From Elusimicrobiota bacterium (GTDB lineage Bacteria; Elusimicrobiota; Elusimicrobia; UBA1565; JACRDR01), in assembly GCA_041694815.1 (NCBI GenBank), contig JBGFSC010000036.1, positions 1 to 21,384 of the forward strand: 21,384 nt of DNA, read 5' to 3'. Shown here piece by piece: positions 1 through 8,160 of the stretch. Under the pieces are notes generated by a model, which was not told where the DNA came from, made no database searches, and saw only the letters and a program-made list of their open reading frames with translations. The stretch's first letter is position 1, and the number at the start of each line of letters is the position of its first letter. A program made the translations under genes and the position numbers.

Positions 1-2
1 GT

Positions 3-818
3 CCCGGGGCGCCGGCGGCGGCGCCGCTGCCCGGCGAGGCGGCGGGCGCTCGGCTGGAGCCGTTGGCCGCCTTGGGAATCCCGCGCATGGGAGCCCTGGG
101 CGAGGATGCCGGCTCCCCTTGGCCCGCGCTTACCCACGGGGGACCGCGTTTCGCGTTCCTGGAGTCGCGCAAGCCGGAGGAATTGAGCGAGATGCTAAAG
201 GCCGAGAGCCCCGAGGATTTAGCGCTTCTCTTCGGCTATCTGACCGAGACCAATCCCACGCAGTCGAGCCTGCTTTTCTCCTCCTTGCCGCAGGAGCTGC
301 AGATGCAGGTCTCCCAGTCCCTGCTCAAGCTCAACCTGGCCGATCCCGAGCGGCTCGCGATGCTCGAGTCGAGGCTCAAGACGCAGACCGAGTTCTTCGT
401 CCGCGGCCCGGACCGGCTCGGCAGCATCTACAGCCGCCTCCCCTTCGACCAGCGCAACGCGTTGCTGCGGGAGCTCGCCACGGCCGACCCCGAGGGCTCC
501 GCGAAGATGGCCAAGTCGATGATGCCCTTCGAGTCCTTGATGGATTTAAGGCCCGAGGACATGCGGCGGCTTTTGACCAGCGTGCCCTATCAGGACTGGG
601 CCGTGGCCTTGAAGGGGCTCTCGCCCGCGGCCAGCGCCAAGATCATGGACCAGTTCCCGGCCGAGACGCGCGTGGTCATGCGCGAGATGATGGAGCCCGT
701 GCAGCCCAGGTCCAAGGTGATGGCCGCCCGCTCGAAGATATTGGGCCAGGCCTTTGCCCTGGCGGCGCAAGGGCAATTGCGCCTGCGCGAGACCGACAAT
801 GCCGAGGACGTGCTTTGA
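3..818 (+). CDS. FliG-like protein (middle and C-terminal domains), 5' truncated by the window edge
   Basis: The frame is open from base 3 (PGAPAAAPLPGEAAGARLEPL...). It has FliG-like segments: 'AESPEDLALLFGYL' (cf. EHPQxIALILSYL), 'SMMPFESL' (cf. MFxF), 'DMRRLLTSVPYQDWAVALKG' and 'VMAARSKIL'. Confidence 0.8.
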   Translation, partial: PGAPAAAPLPGEAAGARLEPLAALGIPRMGALGEDAGSPWPALTHGGPRFAFLESRKPEELSEMLKAESPEDLALLFGYLTETNPTQSSLLFSSLPQELQMQVSQSLLKLNLADPERLAMLESRLKTQTEFFVRGPDRLGSIYSRLPFDQRNALLRELATADPEGSAKMAKSMMPFESLMDLRPEDMRRLLTSVPYQDWAVALKGLSPAASAKIMDQFPAETRVVMREMMEPVQPRSKVMAARSKILGQAFALAAQGQLRLRETDNAEDVL

Positions 819-2692
819 CCGAGACCATTGAGGCTCGCAGGAAGGACTGGGCGGGGCTTCGCGAGGCCATGCAGGCCTTCGTCAAGACGGTCGCCCGGTT
901 CACCCAGCGTCCGGAGTCCTCCCCCGCCTCCTATCATCCCGGCGCGGGCGACAACCCCGGCGCCGAGCTCTCGCGATGGGAGGAGGCGGTCCGCGCCTCC
1001 GAGTTCGACTTGGGCGGCAAGCTCCAAGCCCTCGAGAATGCCTGGGCCAAGACCGACCAGGACCTCCAGCAGCTGTTGAGGGGGATGTGCCTCTTCCGCG
1101 AAACGGCCCTGGAGATGCCTTGGACGCCGGAGCCCAGCGACGAGGCCCAGCTTTCCTTGATCCACGCCCAGCTTCTCAACATCGCCGCGCTCTGGGCCCA
1201 GCAGTCCCGGCGCGAGCGCAAGCTCCAAATCGAGAAGGCGTGGCTGGCCAAGACCTGGGTCTGGGCCAGGGACATCTCGCTGCCGGCGCTGGCCGCGCGG
1301 ACCCGCGACAGCAGGCTGGAGCCCTCGGTCGCGCTGCTGCGCATGCGGATGGCGCGCATGGAGCGGCTCTTCCTAGAACTGGAGGCCAATCCGGCGGGAT
1401 TAGACGAGCGCATGATGGGTTTCGTCGGCGCGGAGATCGCGCGGCTGCGCTCGCGCTACAAGGGGCTCGACCAGGAGAACGCGCGGCTGCGCCGGGAGCA
1501 TGAGCAGTGGCTTCCCGAGGCCAAGGCCCTGCGTTCCGAGATGGACTCCGTGCGCCGCGACAACGATATCCTGGCCCGACACAACGAGCGTTACCGCGCC
1601 CTTCTGGAGGAGGCGAAGGCGGACCGCGAGGCCGCCCTCATCCGGCTCAGGGACGCGGAGGCGGCGCTGCGCGAGGAACGCGCGGCCATGCAGTCCCGGC
1701 TCATCGAGAAGGACGCGATGCTGGTGATGGAGAAAAGGGTCTTCGAGGCCCGGCTATCCGAAAAGGAGTCCGCCCTCCAAAACGAGAGGCGCGTTTTCGA
1801 GGCCGAACGCAACACGCTGCGGCAGCGCTTCAAGGAGGCGATCTTCAGGCTGCGCGCGCGCTTCAAGCAGGAGGCGAGCGCGGGCTCCAGCGAGATCGAA
1901 CAATTGCGCAAGGAGAAGGAGCTATGGCAGGGTGCCAAGGCCCTGCTGCTGGAGGGATTCGAGGAGGAGCGGCAGTCCATGCAAAAGGAGATCGCCCGTC
2001 TCCAGAACGCCTCCGCTCCCGCCAAGCCCGAGGGTCCCTTCTGGGCTCGATTCCTCGAGGAAAGGCGCTCGGACCTCGACAAGGCCCTCAGGGAGATCGA
2101 CGCGCTTGGGCGCTCTGGCGTCCAGGAGGCCCTCCGCGCGCGCCTGCGCGCCTTGGCGGGCACGCTGGCCCAGGCGCAGGACCTGCTTCGGACCGCCGCG
2201 ATGTTCCACGACGATTCGCCCTCGGCCGGTTCTCCGGGCTCGGTCTCCTCCCTGCTCGAGAAGTCGTTGCGGCCTTGGGAGACGAGCCTGCGTTTGCGCG
2301 CCGTCGCGCTGCAGCGGAAAATAGAACAGAAGCTTCCCGACTGCCTGATCTCCGAGCCCGTCGCGATCGTTTTCTACCAGATCCTGCGCAATGCCTACGA
2401 GGCGATGCCGCGCGGCGGCTCCCTGCGCGTCGAAGCGCAGGCCGGGCCCGAAGGCAGGACGCTTGTGCGCTTCATCGATACAGGCCCGGGCCTGCCGGCC
2501 GAGCTCGTGGGCAAGAGGCCGGCGCCGGGATTCGCCGCCCGAAGCGGGCATCCCGGCCTCGGGTTGGCCTTAGCGCAGCGTATCATGGATAGGCTCGGGG
2601 GGCAATTGCAGCTCTCCAACGAGCAGCCCAACGGCGCCTGCGTCGCGCTTCTTTTCAACCCCGCTGACGCCGCGCCGCCCCCGTCGCCATGA
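815..2692 (+). CDS. Soluble long coiled-coil protein with C-terminal HATPase_c (histidine-kinase-like) domain; no canonical H-box
   Basis: TTG at 815 overlaps the FliG-like stop (TTGA) and follows GAGGA at 804-808. The middle is E/R/L/A heptad-rich. The C-terminus has an N-box (QILRNAYEAM), G1 (DTGPG) and G2 (GLGLAL). No transmembrane segment is evident. Confidence 0.8.
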   Translation: MTETIEARRKDWAGLREAMQAFVKTVARFTQRPESSPASYHPGAGDNPGAELSRWEEAVRASEFDLGGKLQALENAWAKTDQDLQQLLRGMCLFRETALEMPWTPEPSDEAQLSLIHAQLLNIAALWAQQSRRERKLQIEKAWLAKTWVWARDISLPALAARTRDSRLEPSVALLRMRMARMERLFLELEANPAGLDERMMGFVGAEIARLRSRYKGLDQENARLRREHEQWLPEAKALRSEMDSVRRDNDILARHNERYRALLEEAKADREAALIRLRDAEAALREERAAMQSRLIEKDAMLVMEKRVFEARLSEKESALQNERRVFEAERNTLRQRFKEAIFRLRARFKQEASAGSSEIEQLRKEKELWQGAKALLLEGFEEERQSMQKEIARLQNASAPAKPEGPFWARFLEERRSDLDKALREIDALGRSGVQEALRARLRALAGTLAQAQDLLRTAAMFHDDSPSAGSPGSVSSLLEKSLRPWETSLRLRAVALQRKIEQKLPDCLISEPVAIVFYQILRNAYEAMPRGGSLRVEAQAGPEGRTLVRFIDTGPGLPAELVGKRPAPGFAARSGHPGLGLALAQRIMDRLGGQLQLSNEQPNGACVALLFNPADAAPPPSP

Positions 2693-3495
2693 ACCTGACC
2701 TTCATCATCGGCGTCATAGCCACCTTCGGCATCGTCTTCTTATCCGTGCGCCAGTACGGTGCCTGGATGATCCTGTCGAACGTGTACGCGTTGACCTTCG
2801 TCATAGGCGGAGTCATCGCGGCGAACCTGGTGGGCTGCCCCTTCGGCCGGCTGCGCAGCGCGACGGTCCGGGCACTCTCGATGCTGTTTCCGTCCAATCT
2901 TCCCTCCAGCGAGGAGGCCATCCTCGAGGTCTCGCGGTTGGCACAGCTCGCCTTCTCGGGGGGCGGCATCCTGGCCCTGTCCAACGAGAGCGAGGAGTTC
3001 GCCGATGGTTTCCTCCATCAGGCGATCATGGCGGCGATCGCGACGGGGCAATCGCAGGAAACCCGGCGGATCATGGAGAAAAAGGTGCGCCAGTTGCGTA
3101 TCTCCGCCCAGGAGGACGTCAACGTCTTCAGGACGGCCGGGACGCTGGCGCCGATGTTCGGCCTCTTGGGCACCCTGCTCGGGATGATGCACGCCATGGC
3201 GACCATGTCGGAGCCCGCCAAGGTGGGCCCGACGATGGCGATGGCGCTCTCCTCCGCCTTTTACGGCATCGCGGTGTCCAATCTCGTCTGCCTTCCCGTC
3301 AGCAGCCACATGCGGCTGCGGGCCATGCAGCAGACCCTGGTGCTCGAGATACTTCTCGAGGGGGTCCTCGATATCCTCGCCTCCAAGCCCCCCTCCCTAA
3401 TCGCGATGCACCTTTCCTCGTACTCGCAGGCCCGCCGCCAGGAGATCGAAACGGCCGCGCCGGCGCCGACCCCCGCCCCCGAGGACGCCGCGTGA
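2689..3495 (+). CDS. motA: MotA/PomA-family stator A subunit
   Basis: Two N-terminal TM helices, a cytoplasmic loop, TM3 'AGTLAPMFGLLGTLLGM', TM4 'MAMALSSAFYGIAVSNLVCLP' and 'LEGVLDI...P'. ATGA overlap with the upstream gene. Confidence 0.9.
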   Translation: MNLTFIIGVIATFGIVFLSVRQYGAWMILSNVYALTFVIGGVIAANLVGCPFGRLRSATVRALSMLFPSNLPSSEEAILEVSRLAQLAFSGGGILALSNESEEFADGFLHQAIMAAIATGQSQETRRIMEKKVRQLRISAQEDVNVFRTAGTLAPMFGLLGTLLGMMHAMATMSEPAKVGPTMAMALSSAFYGIAVSNLVCLPVSSHMRLRAMQQTLVLEILLEGVLDILASKPPSLIAMHLSSYSQARRQEIETAAPAPTPAPEDAA

Positions 3496-4121
3496 GCATT
3501 TGGGAGGAGCGCGAGGAGGACGTCGAGAACGCGCTCAACCGCAACGCCCTCTGGGCGATCACCTACGGCGACCTGATGAGCTACATGGTCGTCTTTTTCA
3601 TGATGTTGGCCGTGTTCAATATGTCGCGCAGCGTTCCCTCGCAGATGAGCGTGCAGTCCGTCGAGGAGGAGTTCGGCAAGACGAAGAAGGCGGTCGGCGA
3701 GCTCTTCTCCCGTCGCGGCGTGCAGCAGATCGCCAAGATCGAGCTGGGCGAGACCCAAATGAAGATCGTCCTGCTGGAGCCGGTCGTTTTCGACTCGGGG
3801 GACGCGCGCCTTAAGACCGAATCGGCGCCGCAGCTGGTGAAATTGGCCGAGGCCCTGGGGGAGCTGCCCAACCCCATCCAGATCGAAGGCCATACCGACG
3901 ACCGCCCCCTGGCCAAGGGCGGCCGCTACGAGACGAACTGGGAACTCTCCGCCGCGCGCGCCTTCGCCGTGATGCAATTTTTCGCTCGGCACGGCATACG
4001 CCCCCAGCGCATGTCGGCCATCGGCTACGGGGAATTCCGTCCCGTGGCCTCCAACGATACCAACGACGGGCGAGCCCTCAACCGTCGTATCGAGATTAAT
4101 CTGGTTCGAACTAAGCAGTAA
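3492..4121 (+). CDS. motB: MotB-family stator B subunit with OmpA-like peptidoglycan-binding domain
   Basis: GTG start (GTGA overlap, GAGGA at 3481). TM 'WAITYGDLMSYMVVFFMML' keeps the ion-binding Asp. OmpA-C motifs 'IEGHTD', 'NWELSAARA', 'GYGEFRP', 'NRRIEI'. Confidence 0.93.
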   Translation: MSIWEEREEDVENALNRNALWAITYGDLMSYMVVFFMMLAVFNMSRSVPSQMSVQSVEEEFGKTKKAVGELFSRRGVQQIAKIELGETQMKIVLLEPVVFDSGDARLKTESAPQLVKLAEALGELPNPIQIEGHTDDRPLAKGGRYETNWELSAARAFAVMQFFARHGIRPQRMSAIGYGEFRPVASNDTNDGRALNRRIEINLVRTKQ

Positions 4122-4191
4122 CGGCGGCGTTTACGCGCGCAAACGTCTAGCGCGACGAGTCACGCGCCCGAGGCGCGTACAAGTTGCTGTT
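4120..4191 (+). repeat. Structured hairpin element, copy 1, at the convergent motB/kinase junction; possible terminator or RNA-stability element
   Basis: AACGGCGGC pairs with GTTGCTGTT (G-U pairs) and TACGCGC pairs with GCGCGTA. The first 19 nt match 8125-8143 at 18/19. Confidence 0.6.
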
Positions 4192-4194
4192 TAT

Positions 4195-6267
4195 CTAGGC
4201 AGTCGTTTTGGAAGCGGTGGCCTCGGCCGGCTTGACGGGAATCTTGAACACGAAGGTCGTGCCCTTGCCGACCGTCGACTCGGCCCAGATGCGCCCGCCG
4301 TGCAGCTCGACGGCCTTGCGGCAGATCGCCAGGCCCAGGCCGTAGCCGGCGCGTTTTTGTTCCCCCTCGAGCTGCTTGAACTTCTCGAAGATGGACTCGA
4401 TCTGGCTGGCCGGGATGCCGGGCCCCGTGTCGGCGACGGCGAACTTGACCATTCGGCCGTCATCGACGCCGACGGCCGTGAGCGTGATCTTGCCGCCCTC
4501 GGGCGTGAACTTGAGGGCGTTGCCGATCAAGTTCATCACCACGCGCTCGATGAGCTGTCGGTCGGCCTCGAACTCGATGGGCGCGCCGCTTTTCTCCGCG
4601 AGGAAGGTCTTGCCCTGCTTTTCCGTCGTCAGGCCGAACATCCCCTGCATCATGTCGAGCATCTTGTGGGTGTCGCTCTTCTCGATGCGCAGCGTCAAGG
4701 TCCCCGATTCGAGTTTGGCGGCGTCCAAGATGTCGGCGATGAGCTGCTGGAGCGTGGCCGTCGACTGGCGGATCACGGGGATATAGGTGTTGGCGCGCTC
4801 ATCGAGCATGCCTTTCTGGACCATGAACTCGAGGAAGCCCTTGATCGTGCTCAACGGGTTGCGCAGGTCGTGGACGATCGAATGAAAGAACTCCTCCTTC
4901 ATCGCGTTGAGCCGCTCCTGCAGGGTAACGTCGTGCAGGAAGTACAGCACGGCCGGCTCCTTATTGCCCTGGTTGACATGCGAACAGATGAACACCTGGC
5001 ACTTGTAGTAAGTCGAATGGCCGTCTTGGCGGACCTCGATAAGTTCCTGGGAGGCGCCCTTCTTGGTCATGCGCTGGATGGAGTCGCGGAATGCCTCCAG
5101 GGGGATGCGCGCGTGCAACGGGCCGGCGCCGTCGGCGGATGCGCTCAGGCCCAACGGGGCCAAGGCTTGTCGGTTGACGTATTCGGGGTCTCCCCGGAGC
5201 GTCGCCAGGGCCACCCCGTCGGGGATGGCGTTGACCAAGGTCTCGACCTTGGCCTTCTCGGCGAGCAGGGAGTCGATCTGGATCTCCTGGTACTTCTTGA
5301 GCCGCTGCATCATCTGGTTGAATGTATCGGCCAGCTCCCTCAACTTCTCCCAACCCTCGAGCCGCACGGGCTTTTGGAATTCGTTGTGCGCGACCCGGCG
5401 CGCCCCGGCGATGAGCTCTTCCAAGGGCATCGTCAATTTCTTGGTGACGACGGCGGAGGCCAGCAGGACGCAGACCGTCAAGAAGGTGATCCCGGCTAAA
5501 AGCTCCAGGCGGAAGGTTCCCTCCGTGAGGTAGGCCTCCGCGCGGGGCTGGCGCGTGGAGACGTACCAGCCCAAGGAGGGGCTTTTCTCGAAGGCGCCGA
5601 CCCAGTCCTCGGAAGAGGCGTCCAGCCATCCCTTCTCCCCCCGCATCCCGGCGACCGGTCGTGCCCCCTCCTGACCGGGCAGGGGTCGGCCCGAGCCGTC
5701 GTACATGAAAACCCCGCCGCTCTTGCCCACCCGCCTGGCCTTGAAGCGCCGCCACAGCCCTTCGAGAGAATAACCCGCGTAAAGGATCCTCCCCCCTTCC
5801 AGCGGGTAGGCCAGGCTCAATACGGGAACATTCCCTAGAAGCTCAACCGAGCCCAAGGAGACCCGCCCGCTGCTGCGGGCGTTGGAGACGATGGGGTCGG
5901 AGGAGCGGTCCTCGAAGGCGTTTGAGGATAGGCGATTGTCGGAAGTGCGGAGGTATTCCTTGCCATCGGGCCCCAAGAGCGACAGTATGGCGAATTGAGG
6001 ATTGGCCGAGGCGCGCTGCAATATCTTGAATTCGTCCCATTTCTTGCCGCCGGCCTCCTCTAAGTCCTGCACGAAGGACAACGCTCGGTTCATGTCGGAG
6101 GCCGCCTGCTCGAGCGTTTCGACGCCAAAATGGGCCAGCTGCGCGTGGAAGGAGGACGCGTTCTCCTTGGCCATCTTGTTGGAGCGCAGCACCCAGGCGC
6201 TGACGAGAAATAGCGGGAGAAGGGAAAAGGACAATAAAACGAGAAGGACCCGTGTGAACAGGTTCAC
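4195..6267 (-). CDS. Membrane sensor histidine kinase (TM, Cache-like periplasmic region, TM, HAMP, PAS-like, HisKA, HATPase_c)
   Basis: H-box 'SIVHDLRNPL', N-box 'NLIGNALKFT', 'DTGPGI', 'IFEKF', 'GYGLGLAI'. HAMP 'LTMPLEEL...LADTFNQM'. GTG at 6267 is preferred to TTG at 6297 because TACACT lies 6 nt upstream. Confidence 0.93.
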   Translation of the reverse strand: MNLFTRVLLVLLSFSLLPLFLVSAWVLRSNKMAKENASSFHAQLAHFGVETLEQAASDMNRALSFVQDLEEAGGKKWDEFKILQRASANPQFAILSLLGPDGKEYLRTSDNRLSSNAFEDRSSDPIVSNARSSGRVSLGSVELLGNVPVLSLAYPLEGGRILYAGYSLEGLWRRFKARRVGKSGGVFMYDGSGRPLPGQEGARPVAGMRGEKGWLDASSEDWVGAFEKSPSLGWYVSTRQPRAEAYLTEGTFRLELLAGITFLTVCVLLASAVVTKKLTMPLEELIAGARRVAHNEFQKPVRLEGWEKLRELADTFNQMMQRLKKYQEIQIDSLLAEKAKVETLVNAIPDGVALATLRGDPEYVNRQALAPLGLSASADGAGPLHARIPLEAFRDSIQRMTKKGASQELIEVRQDGHSTYYKCQVFICSHVNQGNKEPAVLYFLHDVTLQERLNAMKEEFFHSIVHDLRNPLSTIKGFLEFMVQKGMLDERANTYIPVIRQSTATLQQLIADILDAAKLESGTLTLRIEKSDTHKMLDMMQGMFGLTTEKQGKTFLAEKSGAPIEFEADRQLIERVVMNLIGNALKFTPEGGKITLTAVGVDDGRMVKFAVADTGPGIPASQIESIFEKFKQLEGEQKRAGYGLGLAICRKAVELHGGRIWAESTVGKGTTFVFKIPVKPAEATASKTTA

Positions 6268-6273
6268 GCGGAC

Positions 6274-6279
6274 AGTGTA
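6274..6279 (-). promoter_or_regulatory. Putative -10 element (TACACT) for a leaderless kinase transcript
   Basis: The minus strand reads TACACT-gtccgc-GTG, with no Shine-Dalgarno sequence. Confidence 0.5.
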
Positions 6280-6291
6280 TGAAATTGCGAC

Positions 6292-6330
6292 TGGCAAATT
6301 AACCAGGCCTCTGTTATATTTAGCTTAGGA
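6292..6330 (+). promoter_or_regulatory. Putative extended -10 promoter and RBS for the REC-PilB gene
   Basis: TGGCAA-N17-TATATT with TG at the extended -10 position (TGtTATATT). AGGA at 6327-6330 precedes ATG 6341. Confidence 0.4.
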
Positions 6331-6340
6331 CTGCACTGAT

Positions 6341-8125
6341 ATGGGACTTGTAATGATCGTTGAGGACAACACCGCCTACCGTACCTTCCTGGTCCAGTTG
6401 GTCACGGCCGACGGGCATGAGGCCCTCACCGCCGCCGACGGCGTCCAGGCGCTAGAAAAGATCAAGACCAAGAGAAACGGCAAGCCCATCGAACCCGACC
6501 TCGTCCTCATCGATTACAACATGGACAAGATGAACGGTTTCGAGCTCATCAACCGGCTGCGTACGACCGAGACGACTCGCAAGACCCCCATCGTGATGAT
6601 CTCCGGCACGGAGAAGAATTTGGGCCCCGTGTTGGCCATGGAAGGGGTCAAGTTCGTGCGCAAGTTGAGCCAAACGAACGAGATACTCAACGCGATCCGC
6701 GAGCATGTCGCGCCCAACGCGCCTCCCCCGGCCGCCCACTCGGCCAAACCCTCCAACGGCTCCGCCGCGGTGGAAACGGCGCCAGCCGTGCCTGCCGCGA
6801 AAACCGAGGCCGAAATCAGGGCGGAGGAGGCGCTGCAGGCGGCCGAAAAGGAAGAGGCGGATTTAAAGCTCAAGGAGCTCATGGTCCTTTCCTCCGAGAT
6901 CACGCCCTTGACGGAGGCCAAGGAGGAGGAAAAGGAGCATAGCCACGAGGATCAGTCCCAGATGATCCGGCTCGTCGACGGCATCCTGGTAGAGGCCATC
7001 CGCCGCAAGGCCTCCGACATCCACGTGCAGCCGCAGGAGGACGCCCTCTACATCCGCTACCGCATCGACGGGCAATTGCAACAGGTGCTGACCCTGCCCA
7101 TCGCCTTCAAGGCGAACATCCCCTCGCGTCTGAAGGTCATGAGCGGCATGAACGTCGCCGAAAAGCGACTGCCCCAGGACGGGCGTTTCTCCATGAAGAC
7201 CGAGTCGGGCCAGCGCGTCGAGTTCCGCGTCAACACCCTCCCCTCCCAGCACGGCGAAAAGGTGGTCATGCGCCTCTTGCGCCACGAGAAGATCTCGACC
7301 CCGCTCAAGGATATCTTTACCCGCCCCCGCGACCTGGAGGCCGTAGAGACCGCCTTGAAGGCGCCGACCGGGCTGATCCTGGTGACGGGGCCCACGGGCA
7401 GCGGCAAGACGACGACGCTCTACGCCATGTTGGACGTAGTCAACAAACCGACGCGCAACATCATCACCGTCGAGGATCCGGTAGAAAACGAGGTGGCGGG
7501 CATCACTCAGGTCCCGGTGCGCGCGGATATCGGCTTCACCTTCGAAAAGGTGTTGAGGTCCTGCCTGCGTCAGGACCCCAACATCATCATGGTCGGCGAA
7601 ATACGCGACACGGAGACCGCCGAGATCGCCATGAAGGCGGCCATGACCGGGCATTTGGTGCTCTCGACCCTGCATACGAACACCGCTCCCCTCGCGATCT
7701 ACCGCCTGTCAACGATGGGGGTCAAGCCCTTCCTCATCGTGGCGGCCCTTAAAGTAGCGATCGCCCAGAGGCTCATCCGCCTTTTGTGTCCCCATTGCAA
7801 GGTGCAGGCTCCGCTCGACGAGGAATTGGCGAGCCAGCTGGCCAAGGAGGAACGCAAGAAGCTGGCCAAGGTATTCGTCAAGGGCCCGAAGGGCTGCGAT
7901 CATTGCGACGGAGTAGGATACAAAGGCCGCAAGGCGGTGCTGGAAGTAATGACGGTCAAGTCCCATGAAACCCGGCAGCTCATCATGGAGGCCGCCAATC
8001 CCGACAAGATACTCGAGCGCGCCAAGGCCGACGGGATGGTCCCTCTACGCGATGGGGCCATCGACCTGGTGGCGCAGGGCCTGACCTCCCTCGAAGAAGC
8101 ATTCACAATCTACTACGTCGATTAA
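6341..8125 (+). CDS. Receiver domain fused to a PilB/GspE-family (type IV pilus/T2SS) extension ATPase
   Basis: N-terminal REC (IVEDN, LVLIDYNM, MISG, VRK), then a Pro/Ala linker, 'ASDIH', 'RLPQDGR', Walker A GPTGSGKTT, 'TVEDPVE', 'LRQDPNIIMVGEIRD', His box 'GHLVLSTLHTN' and a CPHC...CDHC zinc motif. Confidence 0.92.
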   Translation: MGLVMIVEDNTAYRTFLVQLVTADGHEALTAADGVQALEKIKTKRNGKPIEPDLVLIDYNMDKMNGFELINRLRTTETTRKTPIVMISGTEKNLGPVLAMEGVKFVRKLSQTNEILNAIREHVAPNAPPPAAHSAKPSNGSAAVETAPAVPAAKTEAEIRAEEALQAAEKEEADLKLKELMVLSSEITPLTEAKEEEKEHSHEDQSQMIRLVDGILVEAIRRKASDIHVQPQEDALYIRYRIDGQLQQVLTLPIAFKANIPSRLKVMSGMNVAEKRLPQDGRFSMKTESGQRVEFRVNTLPSQHGEKVVMRLLRHEKISTPLKDIFTRPRDLEAVETALKAPTGLILVTGPTGSGKTTTLYAMLDVVNKPTRNIITVEDPVENEVAGITQVPVRADIGFTFEKVLRSCLRQDPNIIMVGEIRDTETAEIAMKAAMTGHLVLSTLHTNTAPLAIYRLSTMGVKPFLIVAALKVAIAQRLIRLLCPHCKVQAPLDEELASQLAKEERKKLAKVFVKGPKGCDHCDGVGYKGRKAVLEVMTVKSHETRQLIMEAANPDKILERAKADGMVPLRDGAIDLVAQGLTSLEEAFTIYYVD

Positions 8126-8158
8126 ACGGCGGCTTTTACGCGCTCAAAGCGCATTGTT
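8125..8158 (+). repeat. Structured element, copy 2 (short), at the convergent ATPase/regulator junction
   Basis: AACGGCGGCTTTTACGCGC starts at the ATPase stop codon and is 18/19 identical to 4120-4138. It continues into a small GCGCT-caa-AGCGC hairpin and ends in GTT. Confidence 0.55.
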
Positions 8159-8160
8159 AA

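Noticed and set aside
119..814. N-terminal extension of the 857-aa ORF
   Set aside because: It overlaps the FliG-like gene in another frame and reads as Arg/Ala/Gly-rich shadow sequence. TTG 815 has an RBS and a coupled overlap.
2689..4121. Zorya ZorAB anti-phage system
   Set aside because: MotA has no long C-terminal tail, looks flagellar-type, and no ZorC/D/E-like helicase or nuclease genes are adjacent.
4120..4191. Integron attC site (AAC...GTT hairpin at a gene end)
   Set aside because: The ends do not fit RYYYAAC/GTTRRRY, the flanking genes are convergent rather than a cassette array, and no integrase is present.
4300..5499. 399-aa + strand ORF and other long alternative-frame or antisense ORFs (e.g. 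1507-2592, 6863-7675, 15061-15810)
   Set aside because: They lie entirely over well-supported genes and have no recognisable motifs. Such shadow ORFs are expected in high-GC DNA.
6268..6297. Kinase start at TTG 6297
   Set aside because: It has no RBS and the segment contains the probable -10 element. GTG 6267 puts the first TM helix right after the start.
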